DNA from: Thraustochytrium aureum
Lineage: Eukaryota
Reading direction: 5' to 3'
Assembly: GCA_012862495.1 (NCBI GenBank)
Contig: BLSG01000423.1
Location: forward strand, 127,156-147,155
Length of the DNA stretch: 20,000 nt
Part shown: piece by piece, positions 1 through 10,981 of the stretch
Numbering within the stretch: position 1 is the stretch's first letter
How the letters are laid out: the number at the start of each line of letters is the position of its first letter
The notes under the pieces: generated by a model
Seen by the model: the letters and a program-made list of their open reading frames with translations, nothing else
What the model was told of the DNA's origin: nothing
Databases searched by the model: none
Position numbers and translations under genes: made by a program

Positions 1-1059
1 CCTGAAGCGGCCTCAGCGGCGTCAGCGGCGCAGCTGCCGAGCTGTCGTTGGTACAGCTGTCCATTGCAATGCTGACGGTGCCTTCCTCACCTTGGCCACG
101 TAGACGGGCAACGCACTTTGGAAGCCCATTTCTGTCGACAAGTCTTTGTTGGTTGCATGGACAGAACAGGACGACGCTCAGCCGCTCGCGAGACGCGCGG
201 CCGGAGACCCCGGACGGCTCGGGGACGTAGTTGTCCACGACAGCGTCGCTGCTGCTGTGCTGCTTCTGCGCGGTTTCGGCGCGATCGTTCGGGCTGGCCT
301 GGCCGCGATGGAACTGAGGGATGGCGATGGCCCAGAGCCGCGAAAGCGCGAACGGTCGCGGTCAGAGTCGTCTGGTTCGGAAACGTCCNNNNNNNNNNNN
401 NNNNNNNNNNNNNNNNNNNNNNNNNNNNNNNNNNNNNNNNNNNNNNNNNNNNNNNNNNNNNNNNNNNNNNNNNNNNNNNNNNNNNNNNNNNNNNNNNNNN
501 NNNNNNNNNNNNNNNNNNNNNNNNNNNNNNNNNNNNNNNNNNNNNNNNNNNNNNNNNNNNNNNNNNNNNNNNNNNNNNNNNNNNNNNNNGTGGGCGCGCC
601 GCGGCATGACCCGCGAGCGGCGCAGAAGACGCCGCGAAAAGCAAACGTCCGCTTCGGGCGTTGTTTTCCTGTTCCCGCGCTAGCTCTCGCGGCGACCAAC
701 TCACTGTCTGGGGCTGCTGCCTTCAGGGAGCCGAGGGAGCCGGGATCTACACAGCCACCACTAGCCGCAAACTGTTCATACACAACGCCGACGCTTGCTG
801 GCTCGCTTCCGGGCGTCAAGACACCCGCATCGGGCCACTCGCTTGCCCACCAGCCCTGACGGCGGCCGGCACATCGGGGCTTGCAACGACCGCCGTCCAG
901 CGCCACCGCGCACTCGCCGCACCCATCGCCGCGCGCCCCCCATCACGCTCGCCTCCCACCGCATAGCCCATCGCGCTCCAATGCAGGCCGCCTCGAGCCC
1001 CGCCAATTCCGCGGGCCGCGCATCTACCTTGGCCAATTCCGCGAGCCCTTGCTCTCCTT

Positions 1060-1076
1060 TTGATTGATTGATTGAT
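1060..1076. repeat. Short (TTGA)n / (TCAA)n microsatellite
   Basis: ttgattgattgattga is read directly. The same unit (tcaatcaatcaatcaa) occurs in the opposite orientation at about 8369-8384, upstream of the RGS gene. Confidence 0.75.
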
Positions 1077-1895
1077 CATACACATACTTAGCACATGCCT
1101 TTGCTCTTCTTCGTGGTGACTGAACATAACTGAGTGCCGCAGGCGACGAGCAGAGCACAGCAGCATTAGAGTAGGCTCCTGGCGCCAAGGTCGCGCCATT
1201 GCAGGGCTCGCCAGTGTTTGCTTGCGCGGCAAAGGCGAGGCCAACGCCGCACCCACGCTCACTGCAAACGAACGCACTTTCCCACGCATGGACCAGCCCG
1301 TTTGAAATGATGATGCAGGTCACGAAGAAGATATTTAGAAATGGCGGCCCACCGCGCCCCAGCGCAGGCCGCCCCAAGCTCCGCGAGCCCCGCGAGCTCC
1401 GCGAGCCGCGCATCCACCTAGAGGAAGCCCAGCCTCACCGTGCACAAGGAACACGCCCGCGAACAGTGCTTTGTTCACCACATGTCCGTTGAGCTGCGAG
1501 AAGTGCCGTTGACCAAGGTCCACGAGCAGGGCAGTGCGGCATCGGCATCGGCCTGTCGCGCGTCCTAGGAGCGCGGCGCGCGCTGCTCGTGGAAACCTTG
1601 CTTGCGAGACTTCATCTCGGTGGCTTTGGCGCACCGGCGTTCGCTGGGTTTGCGTTGCGAGAGCGGTCTTCTGCGACAGCGCAGGTTTCCCGACAGCCAA
1701 ACTCTCGCGCGAGCGAGTTGGCGGCGAGGCGCGCCGGGCAGGGCTTTGAGCTGGACGGCCGTGGACGCCTCACGCCGGCAGGAGGCCGTTTGGCGCGGCG
1801 CGGCGAGGCCAGCTCGTGCGGGCGCTCGCTGCGGCATTCGCAGAGGCAGGGTTCGACTGCGGCGGTAGGCGACTGCGCGGCGCGCTCGCGTCGCA

Positions 1896-4807
1896 ATGGC
1901 CAGCGCATTCTTGCACCCGAGGCACATCTTTGGGGTGAAGAGCGATGTGAAAGACGGTATCTGGTACCTGGAGGAGAATGTGGTGCTTTACCCCGCTGGG
2001 CACAACACGATCGTGTACCACACGGAGACCAAGACGCAAAAGTTCATCCAAGGCACTGAATCATCGCGCGGCATCACCGCGCTTGGAGTGAGCCCGAGCA
2101 GGCGATACGTCGCGATCGCGGAGCGCGGACAACGCGGGATGGTGAGCATCTACGACTGGCACAGCCAGAAGAAGCGCAAGGTGCTGACCAGCACAGAGTG
2201 CGGGTCGTCCGAGTACGTCAGCGTCTCGTTCTCTTCCAACAAGCTCCTGCTCACGCTGGGCGGCGCCCCGGACTGGACCCTAGTGCTATGGCAGTGGGAA
2301 AAGTCCAAGGTGCTGTGCTCCGTCAAAGTGAGCAATGCCGCGAATAGCCCTTTGTACCAGTGCAGCTTCAACCCGGTCGACCCCTCCGTGGTCTGCGTGA
2401 CGGGAGACGGCATCTTCAAGGCATTTCGAATCGTTGAAAACCTCTTCAAGCCGATGCCAAATTTGCTGGGCACCATGGAGCCGCGCAAGTTCACGGCCCA
2501 CCTCTGGCTCAACGACGACCGCGTCGTTCTCGGCACGAGCGAGGGGGCGCTCGTCCTTTTCGAAGCGGGCGAGTTCCTTGCTGTGCTCGAATGCTCTCCC
2601 GACGACGGCAACGCGGTCACGTGCATGGCCACTCTCTCGGACGGCTTTGTAGTCGGGTGCGCTGGCGGCGACGTGCGCGTCTTCCAAGCGGTCGCTGACG
2701 ACGAGGGCTTTTACCGCGAGTCGAAGGCCGTTTCCGTCACCGCTGCGCTGGAAAAGGCAGCTGGCCAAAACCAGTTTCAAGTGGGCGCCCCGACGATCTT
2801 GAGCGCTGCCTCGCGCAACGGAGCAGCCGCAGCCTCAAAGCGCACGCTCGACGGCACGGGCGACCCTCGCGCTAGCACCGCCTTGCTCCGCTCAAACACG
2901 CTGCGCAGCGTCAACGAAGCGGCGGAGAGCGCCAACGCGGCGTCCGAAGAGATCGAGGAGGACTTTGTCGAGAGCGTTATTTCCATCGCGGTTTCCCCCA
3001 GCGAAGAGCACGCAGTGGTGACGCTAAACACAAACCAGCTCGTGCTGCTGCGGCTGACGAGCAACGACCTGCTCAAGCAAAACGAGATCAGCGTGGAGGT
3101 GCTCTCTGACTCGTTTCACAGGCAGGGTATGGGGCGGACGGCGCGCATCACGGGGCTGGACGTCTGCATTCGCAAGCCGCTCGCGGTCACGTGCGGCCTG
3201 GACCGCTCGGTGCGGGTGTGGAACTATCTCGACAACCGCAACGAGCTGACCAAGTTTTTCGGCGAGGAGGCCCACTCGGTGGCCTTTCACCCTTCTGGCC
3301 TGCACCTCCTGGTGGGGTTCTCCGACAAGTTGCGCCTTCTGAATTTGCTCATGGACGACATGCGCACGGCCAAAGAGCTCCCGATCAAGTCGTGCCGCGA
3401 GTGCCAGTTTGCGAACGGGGGGCACATGTTTGCCGCCGTCAACGGCAACACGATCCAGGTCTTCAACACGTACACATGCGATGCGTCCGCACTATGCGCG
3501 GCCACAACGGCAAAGTGCGCTCCCTGTTCTGGTCGGCCAACGACGCGCAGNNNNNNNNNNNNNNNNNNNNNNNNNNNNNNNNNNNNNNNNNNNNNNNNNN
3601 NNNNNNNNNNNNNNNNNNNNNNNNNNNNNNNNNNNNNNNNNNNNNNNNNNNNNNNNNNNNNNNNNNNNNNNNNNNNNNNNNNNNNNNNNNNNNNNNNNNN
3701 NNNNNNNNNNNNNNNNNNNNNNNNNNNNNNNNNNNNNNNNNNNNNNNNNNNNNNNNNNNNNNNNNNNNNNNNNNNNNNNNNNNNNNNNNNNNNNNNNNNN
3801 NNNNNNNNNNNNNNNNNNNNNNNNNNNNNNNNNNNNNNNNNNNNNNNNNNNNNNNNNNNNNNNNNNNNNNNNNNNNNNNNNNNNNNNNNNNNNNNNNNNN
3901 NNNNNNNNNNNNNNNNNNNNNNNNNNNNNNNNNNNNNNNNNNNNNNNNNNNNNNNNNNNNNNNNNNNNNNNNNNNNNNNNNNNNNNNNNNNNNNNNNNNN
4001 NNNNNNNNNNNNNNNNNNNNNNNNNNNNNNNNNNNNNNNNNNNNNNNNNNNNNNNNNNNNNNNNNNNNNNNNNNNNNNNNNNNNNNNNNNNNNNNNNNNN
4101 NNNNNNNNNNNNNNNNNNNNNNNNNNNNNNNNNNNNNNNNNNNNNNNNNNNNNNNNNNNNNNNNNNNNNNNNNNNNNNNNNNNNNNNNNNNNNNNNNNNN
4201 NNNNNNNNNNNNNNNNNNNNNNNNNNNNNNNNNNNNNNACGAGTGCGTGCAGACCGTGCAGGACCCTGCGCGACTGCGAGACCACGTCCAGCGCCTCTAC
4301 GAGGGCTTTGTCAACGAGCAGGTCAAGTCTGAGACAGTCGACGTGGACATCAAGCGCGAGTACCATCGCCAGAAGGACTACCTCGAGAAGAGCGCTGAGG
4401 CGCTCAAGCGCCGTCTCGAGCGCGACGTGCACAAGCACAAGGACGAGAACATGAGGATCATGGAGCGGAACATGAGCCTCATCGCGGAGATCAACGACCT
4501 CCGCGAGGAGATTCGCACCGCCCGCATGCGGAGCATTGTTGAGGCCTCGGACGTGTCCAAGCCGTCCAAGCAGCCACCCATCGGCAAGTCGCCCGCCAGC
4601 TCGAACCGCCAACTCAAGCAGCGAGCTATTCCGGTTGGTGGGCCGAATTCAGGCTTTGGTTCGCCGACGATGACGCCGGAGGAGTCTGCGCTGATGGAGG
4701 AGCAGCGGGCAGAGATTGGCCGTCTCAAGGCGTACCTCGCCGAACTGGAGGAGCGCATGGCGCAGGCAAAGCCTGTGTCGCGCGAGCGCCTTGCACCATT
4801 GCCCTGA
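1896..4807 (+). CDS. CFAP57: Cilia- and flagella-associated protein 57 (WDR65/FAP57): WD40 repeats plus C-terminal coiled coil; frameshift near 3480 and N-gap 3551-4238
   Basis: ATG at 1896. The N-terminus 'HPRHIFGVKSDVKDGIWYLEENVVLYPAGHNTIVYH', plus 'LLTLGGAPDWTLVLWQWEK', 'ITGLDVCIRKPLAVTCGLDRSVRVWNY' and 'AHSVAFHPSGLHLLVGFSDKLRLLNLLMDD', are characteristic of CFAP57. After a 1-nt shift the match continues as 'MRGHNGKVRSLFWS'. After the gap it reads 'QDPARLRDHVQRLY...REYHRQKDYLEKSAEALKRRL...ENMRIMERNMSLIAEINDLR', with TGA ending at 4807. Confidence 0.93.
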
Positions 4808-5258
4808 CGGCGACGCACGCCTATTGGATGTACTATGGAATGCTGATGGCCTGGCCTGGGGTTGAATCAAATTGCCGAAATGCTGTTTTCGTTTTTTCTC
4901 GCGGTTGAGTACTTACTCGGTACAGAAGCTAGAGCTAGAGGCCAAGGGTATGGATGGCGGGGCGGTTGCGTTGCGTCCTTATTTGACCGTGCGCGCAAGG
5001 TCGAGGTGCGCGAGGCAGTTGATCGCGCCAGGCAATCAACGCGAGGCGAAGCGTACGCGTGCGCAGACGCGCGCGCACAACACGCGCGCAAAAACACATG
5101 AAATCTTCTACATGAGAGCACACAATTATCTCACCGCCAGTGGACGCTCAAGCCCGTTCGGGCCACGCTTGCGTGGCGAAAACGCTCGGCCGCAGCGCAC
5201 TGGTCGACCCGACAGCGAGCTGCCAGCTACGCGTAGCCCACTGTCAAAAGCTAGCTAG

Positions 5259-7437
5259 CTAGTCAGAGTTGCCAAACTCGGTGTACACCATCCTATGCGC
5301 AAGCAGCGGGAGCGTCTCAAGGGTGTCGTTCGTAACGCCCTTGTAGTACGTTTCAGAAGCCCGGCGTACTGGCGCAGCGAAGAGTCGATATACGGCTGGC
5401 GCTCCGCCGGGATGCTCGGGTCTTTGTCCAAGCACATCCGCACGAAGGAATCGATCTTGCTGCAAAACATAATGTCCACCAAGAGCTCCTCGTTGTCCGT
5501 CGTGTTGGTGTCGTCAAAAATGGCCATGCGACGCTCAAAAGAGCTCTCGCCGCTGTACACGTTTGGCGGCACCGTGACCTCGCCAGTTCCGCCCCCCTTT
5601 TTGGAGTCCCCAAAGCTGGAGCGGCGCTGCAGGATCGGCTGGCTCGCAGCAGGGTCTGGCAGCGATCCAAAGTCGCTGATCACCTGCGCATCGGTGAAGC
5701 AGGGCAGGTTGCGGCGGTCAGCCCGCAGCACCTTGTAGACGAGCGTGAGCTGGAAGAAGGTGCGCACCTCGCTGCTCCAGTGCAGGAAGAGGCGAAGGAA
5801 GAACTTTTTCATGATGTCGCCCAGAAAGCGAATTCGCACCTGGCCGTGAAAAAGGTGCAGTGTATTGTACAGGAGGCTAAGCACCTTGAGGAGCACCTGG
5901 AACTGCTCCGAGTGGAGCAGCTTCTCGATGCCAAACCAGTAGTTGTCGTAGTCGAAGGCCTCCGGCAGCGTGGGACGGACCGCCTCCTTGGGGTTGTCGA
6001 CGATGGTCTGCTTGGGCGGCGTGTTGCGGCTGTTTTGGTTGTGATTGACGATGCCCTCGCGCGCCGTGGCCGAGTAGGCCACGGTGGAAAACCACAAGTT
6101 GAGGTGCTCGATGCAGCTGTCGACGCTAAGGAGCGAGTGCAGGTTTGTGCACTCGTACGTGAGCTTGACGAACGGGTTGATGAGCGACTTGTTGCTCAGC
6201 AGGGCGAGCGCGCTGCGCTTGACGCGCATGTAGGCCGCGAGCGAGCTCACCCAGCCGTTCGACTCGCCCACCTTGCGTTTGCAGATCCCGTCCCACCACA
6301 TGGACGACTTGAGAAGGGGCCAAAAGCACTCTAGCAAAAGGTCGTACGCCGGAATCGCGCCCCACATCACCGGTTTGGTCGCCACGCTCTCCACGTGGAC
6401 GACGTAGACCTCGACAAAGGTCAGGAAGAACGTTTCCTTCGTCGAGAGCCACGCCAAGCAGGCGTTGTCGTTGGAGAGCACGCTGGGCCCCAGCGCTGCT
6501 GCCTCCGACTCGGAGTTGAAATAGTTCCACTGGAATAGGTCTGGGTTGTTGACGATGAACGCCGACGTTGACGAGGCGTCCGCGTCGTCCCCGAGCGGCC
6601 GAAGCGTGCGAGCCAAGGCGTCCGGCTCACGGGGCCCCGCGCGCGCCGCTGCGGCGCCAGCAACGGGCGCCTTTGGCGCTGCCTCCTTGGCGCTGCCAGC
6701 AGCTTGCCCCGCCTCGCTGTTCAATGAAGGCGCGCTGCCGGGTGGCGGGAGGGCCCCTGCAAAGGCTCCTCCTCGCCAGCCCCGCGCGGGGCTGGCGGGG
6801 CTGGCGGCGGGTTGCCGTCGGCGATGGATCGCTGCGCGGCCGCTTTCCGCTGAAGCGCGTCTACGATGCGCCCGCCGACAAGGGGCAGGCGGAAGAAGAA
6901 GACTACCAGTGTCTGTGCGCTAAAGTGGATGATCTCGGCAAACTTGCCCTTGGCGGTCATCGACTTTAGCACCAGCAGAAAGGTGCGGAGCAGTAGGGCT
7001 TTGTAGCGCTCGGCCATGCGCAGGTTTGCGGCCGAGCAGCGCGGCCCGGCGCTGTCTGGGCCAAAGCCCAGCTTGCGGAGCGTAAACTCCTCACGCTGCA
7101 TGAGCATCACGATCAGGGCGTACCCGAGCTCCTTAATCGCGGGTTTGGTCATGATCACCACAAAGTCGAGCAGGTACTCCCACAAGTTGAGCAGATCCTC
7201 CTTCGCGCGCAGCATCTCTGCCTCGTCCGTATTGGTAAAGCACGGCTGCTTGATGTACGGGTCCAACTTGCGCAGCAGCGCGATCCTGTCATGCAGCGTC
7301 ATCCCGGTCCCGCGGCCCGCAGCCGCCGACGTGCTGCGCACAGACACCTGCTGCACCATCTTCGTGAAGCTGGGCGACCACCTGGCGTAGTTGGTCGGCA
7401 TCGTCAGCCGCCGCAGCGCATTCACCAGCCCATCCAT
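5259..7437 (-). CDS. DUF1765/UPF0592-family protein (resembles yeast Ahk1/YDL073W); frameshifts near 6750 and 5352
   Basis: Three ORF pieces (6721-7437, 5255-6724, 5259-5465) join with single-base corrections in short C and A runs. The segment 'FDYDNYWFGIEKLLHSEQFQVLLKVLSLLYNTL...FLRLFLHWSSEVRTFFQLTLVYKV' matches the DUF1765 signature as I recall it (FD..FW; LL.FLYN; LFLHWS..VR.YF..LL). The corrected C-terminus is 'LLKTYYKGVTNDTLETLPLLAHRMVYTEFGNSD*'. Confidence 0.8.
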
Positions 7438-7494
7438 CCTCGCCCGCTAACGAGCCGCCGAGCCTCGCAGCATGCGCAGCGCCCCCGCTCTGCC

Positions 7495-7539
7495 CGCCTG
7501 CCCTCCTCGCGCCTGCCCTCCTCGCGCCTGCTCTCCTCC
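7495..7539. repeat. 15-bp tandem repeat x3 (CGCCTGCCCTCCTCG), upstream of the DUF1765 gene start
   Basis: Read directly: cgcctgccctcctcg cgcctgccctcctcg cgcctgctctcctcc, followed by a CCT-rich tract. Confidence 0.85.
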
Positions 7540-8519
7540 TCCGCCGCCTCCGCCTCCTCCTCGCCCTCCTGCCCGATGCGCGTCTGCTCACTCCGAGTCA
7601 CTCGTCTGTANNNNNNNNNNNNNNNNNNNNNNNNNNNNNNNNNNNNNNNNNNNNNNNNNNNNNNNNNNNNNNNNNNNNNNNNNNNNNNNNNNNNNNNNNN
7701 NNNNNNNNNNNNNNNNNNNNNNNNNNNNNNNNNNNNNNNNNNNNNNNNTCTGATGATTCTGATCAGCACCGATTGAAACCGCAGCTCAATCGATTGAAGG
7801 GCACTCCCCTCCTCCAAGACCTTCGATTGAAAGAACAACTGACGAAGAAGCTTCGTTTGATCGGGATCAACAGGAATCGATTCAATCGATTGTCGCCACG
7901 CGAACAACGGGAACATCTTTCTTCTTGAATGAATTATGAATCTTGATATCTCAAATTCAAGAATCGAGATCGACCCTGGCATGGTGTTTGCTTTCGTGCT
8001 GTCGCCAAGGAGCTTTGGTGTCGCGCATTCAGAGTTCCACCGCGGCCGGCGCTGGGCACAGTAGGTACAGTAACTTTAGTTCTGTACACGGAACAGTAAG
8101 TACGGTACTCTACTTACCACTTCCTTCCTTGCATTCCTCGTTGTCGCTGATGAGTTCGCACGGCGGAAGGCGTATTTTGCCGTGGGCGGACACGTTCCAA
8201 TTGGCTTCAGGCTTCAGGTTGGTGCACTCCGAGTTCGAGTTGGTCGTATTTCATGCAGGCCGGCGCCGCGAACGACGCGGCGAGAGATGCTTTTGGGCTG
8301 CTGCGTCCTGCCAGTGTGCGGGCAGTGGACTCAAACTCGCACCGTCGTTTTGCCTCTTCAAATGCAATTCAATCAATCAATCAAAACTCAAAAGCAGTCC
8401 TGATTCTGTCAGCACATCGGTCGAACGCACGACCGCTCGAAAGCACAAGTGGTCGGCGCGAGTCGCCCCACGCCTCTCCCCGCGAGGGCGCGAAGCAGCA
8501 AAGGCAACGTGCTAGCGCG

Positions 8520-9353
8520 ATGGCGACCGACAAAGGCGCGGGGCTCTCGTTCCGCGTGGTGCCGGGCAAGTCGATGTTTGAGCAAGTTCTCGCCGGGGAG
8601 CGCGGCTTCCCGCTCACACTTGACGAGTTTGAGGCGTTTCTCAAGCTGGAACACAACGACGAGAACCTCGCGTTCTTCCGCGCGGCCGGCGAGTACAGCG
8701 GCAGCCCCAGTGCGGCCCTGCGCGACGAAATCATCAACAAGTTTATCGCACCAGGGAGCTCCCAGGAGATCAACTTGTCCGCAGCAGAGCGGGACCGGGT
8801 GCTGAGCCGCGCGCAAGATGGAGCGCCGACCGACTTGTTCGCGCAGGCACAAGAAGTCGTCAAGCGGCTGATGGAGCAGGACTCGTTTGAACGCTTTGCA
8901 ATGCAGGCGTCCAAGAACAATCTTAGCGTTGCGCACTCGCAGAGCCGAATGCGCTGGGGGTTTGCATTCATTCTCCTCGGCGTGGTGATGGGCGCTGCAA
9001 CCATCGTGATGCAGAGCCTGACACAAGGCGTCCCGCTCAGCGAGCGGTATTGGCGGGCTCTAACGGGCCCAATGTTCGTGCAAGGGTTTATGCAAGTTGT
9101 GACAGCGCGAAAGCGGATTTGCCCAAGCCTGCTCGTCTTGAACGTTCGAATGACGGATGGCGTGTCGTACTTTAAGCTTGTATGCTCGTCGAGCATGCGA
9201 AGGCGCGGTAGCTTCACCATTAAAGACGAGTACATCCAGCGCAAGCTGAAGCGCCGCGCCTTGCTCGCCTCTCTTGAGGGCGTCTTCTATGGCCTGTTTG
9301 CGACCACGATCGTCGTGCTGCTGCCGCCTGGGACAGACCTGTACGGGTTCTGA
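8520..9353 (+). CDS. RGS-domain membrane protein with Rax1-like architecture (N-terminal RGS plus 3 C-terminal TM helices), 277 aa
   Basis: ATG at 8520 lies within ORF 8253-9353. RGS motifs: 'FEAFLKLEHNDENLAFF', 'IINKFIAPGSSQEINLS', 'LFAQAQEVVKRLMEQDSFERF'. Hydrophobic segments follow: 'WGFAFILLGVVMGAATIVM', 'WRALTGPMFVQGFMQVV', 'ALLASLEGVFYGLFATTIVVLLPPG'. The tail 'IKDEYIQRKLKRRA...LLPPG' resembles the fungal Rax1 C-terminus. Confidence 0.88.
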   Translation: MATDKGAGLSFRVVPGKSMFEQVLAGERGFPLTLDEFEAFLKLEHNDENLAFFRAAGEYSGSPSAALRDEIINKFIAPGSSQEINLSAAERDRVLSRAQDGAPTDLFAQAQEVVKRLMEQDSFERFAMQASKNNLSVAHSQSRMRWGFAFILLGVVMGAATIVMQSLTQGVPLSERYWRALTGPMFVQGFMQVVTARKRICPSLLVLNVRMTDGVSYFKLVCSSSMRRRGSFTIKDEYIQRKLKRRALLASLEGVFYGLFATTIVVLLPPGTDLYGF

Positions 9354-9565
9354 CAAGCCAAACGAACGCCCACCTGTGTCTCTAAATCCCAACGGTGTTC
9401 TCAACTGGAGCTCCAGCAGGAGCAACAGAGCAGGGCTCTCGGATGATTGATATGTCGATTTGAGTTTTTACGCCTACACCGCCATCCAGCTTGACCTGGC
9501 TAGCTTCGCAAAGCCCTTGAGGGATCTGGCTTCGGAAGGGGCTCAATCGCCGCCGCAGCGACGCC

Positions 9566-10316
9566 TCAAAGGAGCGCCTTGGGCTTCCTGTCAGAAAAGA
9601 ACCCGCCACTGACCGACGCGTCCGCCTCCAAGGCAAGGTAGACGGGAGTGTCCGCACCTTGCTCTGCCGACCGCGGCGCGGCGCTCGAGCCCATGTCGGT
9701 GCGACACCAGCCAGGGCAGCACGCAGCAAACCGATCGAGGGGTTACCTGCCGCGAGCACACGCGTCGCCGCCACGAGAGCCAGCTTGGAGGTCCCGTAGT
9801 TGTTCGCAGCGAAGCCAGCATCATTCGTTGTCCCACTTTGCACAGCGTCCAAGTACTCTTGCGCGAGGCCCCGGATCTGGTCAAGCGAGGTCGCGGCGCG
9901 CCAGCGCGCCTGAACTGCTGCGCTTGACCCGTCGAAGGCTGTGTTTGCGATCTGAGAGGCGACGTTGACCACGCGCGAGCCCTCGGTCTTGCCGAGGAGG
10001 GGCAGCAGGCCTTCGGTCAGCCGCAAGGTGTTGAAGAGGTTTGGCACAAGGGTGGCGGCTGCTTGCTTCTCAAAGGGGACTCCGGAGGACGAGTTGAACA
10101 TGACTGCAGCGTTGTTGATCAAGACGTCGAGCCGGCCGAACTTTTCCGCAAAATTCGCTGCAAAGGCGTCCACGGAGGCCTCATCGTCCAGGTCGAGGGG
10201 CAGCGCCTCTAGCTTTGCGTTCGGAAACTCGCCGCGGAGCGTCTCGATCGCCTTGCCGGCACGCTCCAGGCTGCGCGCGGCGATCACGACTTGCAGCCCA
10301 TCGTGCTTGCAGAGCC
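9566..10316 (-). CDS. Short-chain dehydrogenase/reductase, carbonyl reductase (CBR1-like); N-terminus lost in gap, frameshift near 9730
   Basis: Motifs 'VVIAARSLERAGKAIETL', 'LDLDDEASV', 'GRLDVLINNAA', 'RVVNVAS' and catalytic 'YGTSK' (YxxxK). After a 1-nt shift it reads 'AACCPGWCRTDMGSSAAPRSAEQGADTPVYLAL...GGFFSDRKPKALL*', close to the CBR1 'ACCPGWVRTDM...EGAETPVYLAL' motif. The stop codon is at 9566-9568. Confidence 0.9.
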
Positions 10317-10981
10317 NNNNNNNNNNNNNNNNNNNNNNNNNNNNNNNNNNNNNNNNNNNNNNNNNNNNNNNNNNNNNNNNNNNNNNNNNNNNNNNNNNNN
10401 NNNNNNNNNNNNNNNNNNNNNNNNNNNNNNNNNNNNNNNNNNNNNNNNNNNNNNNNNNNNNNNNNNNNNNNNNNNNNNNNNNNNNNNNNNNNNNNNNNNN
10501 NNNNNNNNNNNNNNNNNNNNNNNNNNNNNNNNNNNNNNNNNNNNNNNNNNNNNNNNNNNNNNNNNNNNNNNNNNNNNNNNNNNNNNNNNNNNNNNNNNNN
10601 NNNNNNNNNNNNNNNNNNNNNNNNNNNNNNNNNNNNNNNNNNNNNNNNNNNNNNNNNNNNNNNNNNNNNNNNNNNNNNNNNNNNNNNNNNNNNNNNNNNN
10701 NNNNNNNNNNNNNNNNNNNNNNNNNNNNNNNNNNNNNNNNNNNNNNNNNNNNNNNNNNNNNNNNNNNNNNNNNNNNNNNNNNNNNNNNNNNNNNNNNNNN
10801 NNNNNNNNNNNNNNNNNNNNNNNNNNNNNNNNNNNNNNNNNNNNNNNNNNNNNNNNNNNNNNNNNNNNNNNNNNNNNNNNNNNNNNNNNNNNNNNNNNNN
10901 NNNNNNNNNNNNNNNNNNNNNNNNNNNNNNNNNNNNNNNNNNNNNNNNNNNNNNNNNNNNNNNNNNNNNNNNNNNNNNNNN

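Noticed and set aside
1..1040. Overlapping ORFs on both strands (146-859 +, 178-906 -, 87-704 -), including an OPR-like snippet 'TLTATVRAFAALGHRHP'
   Set aside because: No recognisable domain, interrupted by a gap, and several frames are open simply because of high GC. Strand and frame cannot be assigned.
1580..1895. Possible RFX X-box upstream of the ciliary gene CFAP57
   Set aside because: Only partial GTTTCC/GTTGC-like half sites are present, with no convincing GTTNCCATGGNAAC palindrome.
7422..7982. ORF 7422-7982 (-) as an upstream exon of the DUF1765 gene
   Set aside because: It is open mainly because of the N-gap, is AT-richer and repetitive, and is out of frame with the ATG at 7437. 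More likely UTR or promoter.
8381..9244. 287-aa antisense ORF over the RGS gene, and similar shadows such as 13832-15028 (+) and 5780-6334 (+)
   Set aside because: Typical antisense shadow ORFs of GC-rich coding DNA, with no motifs.
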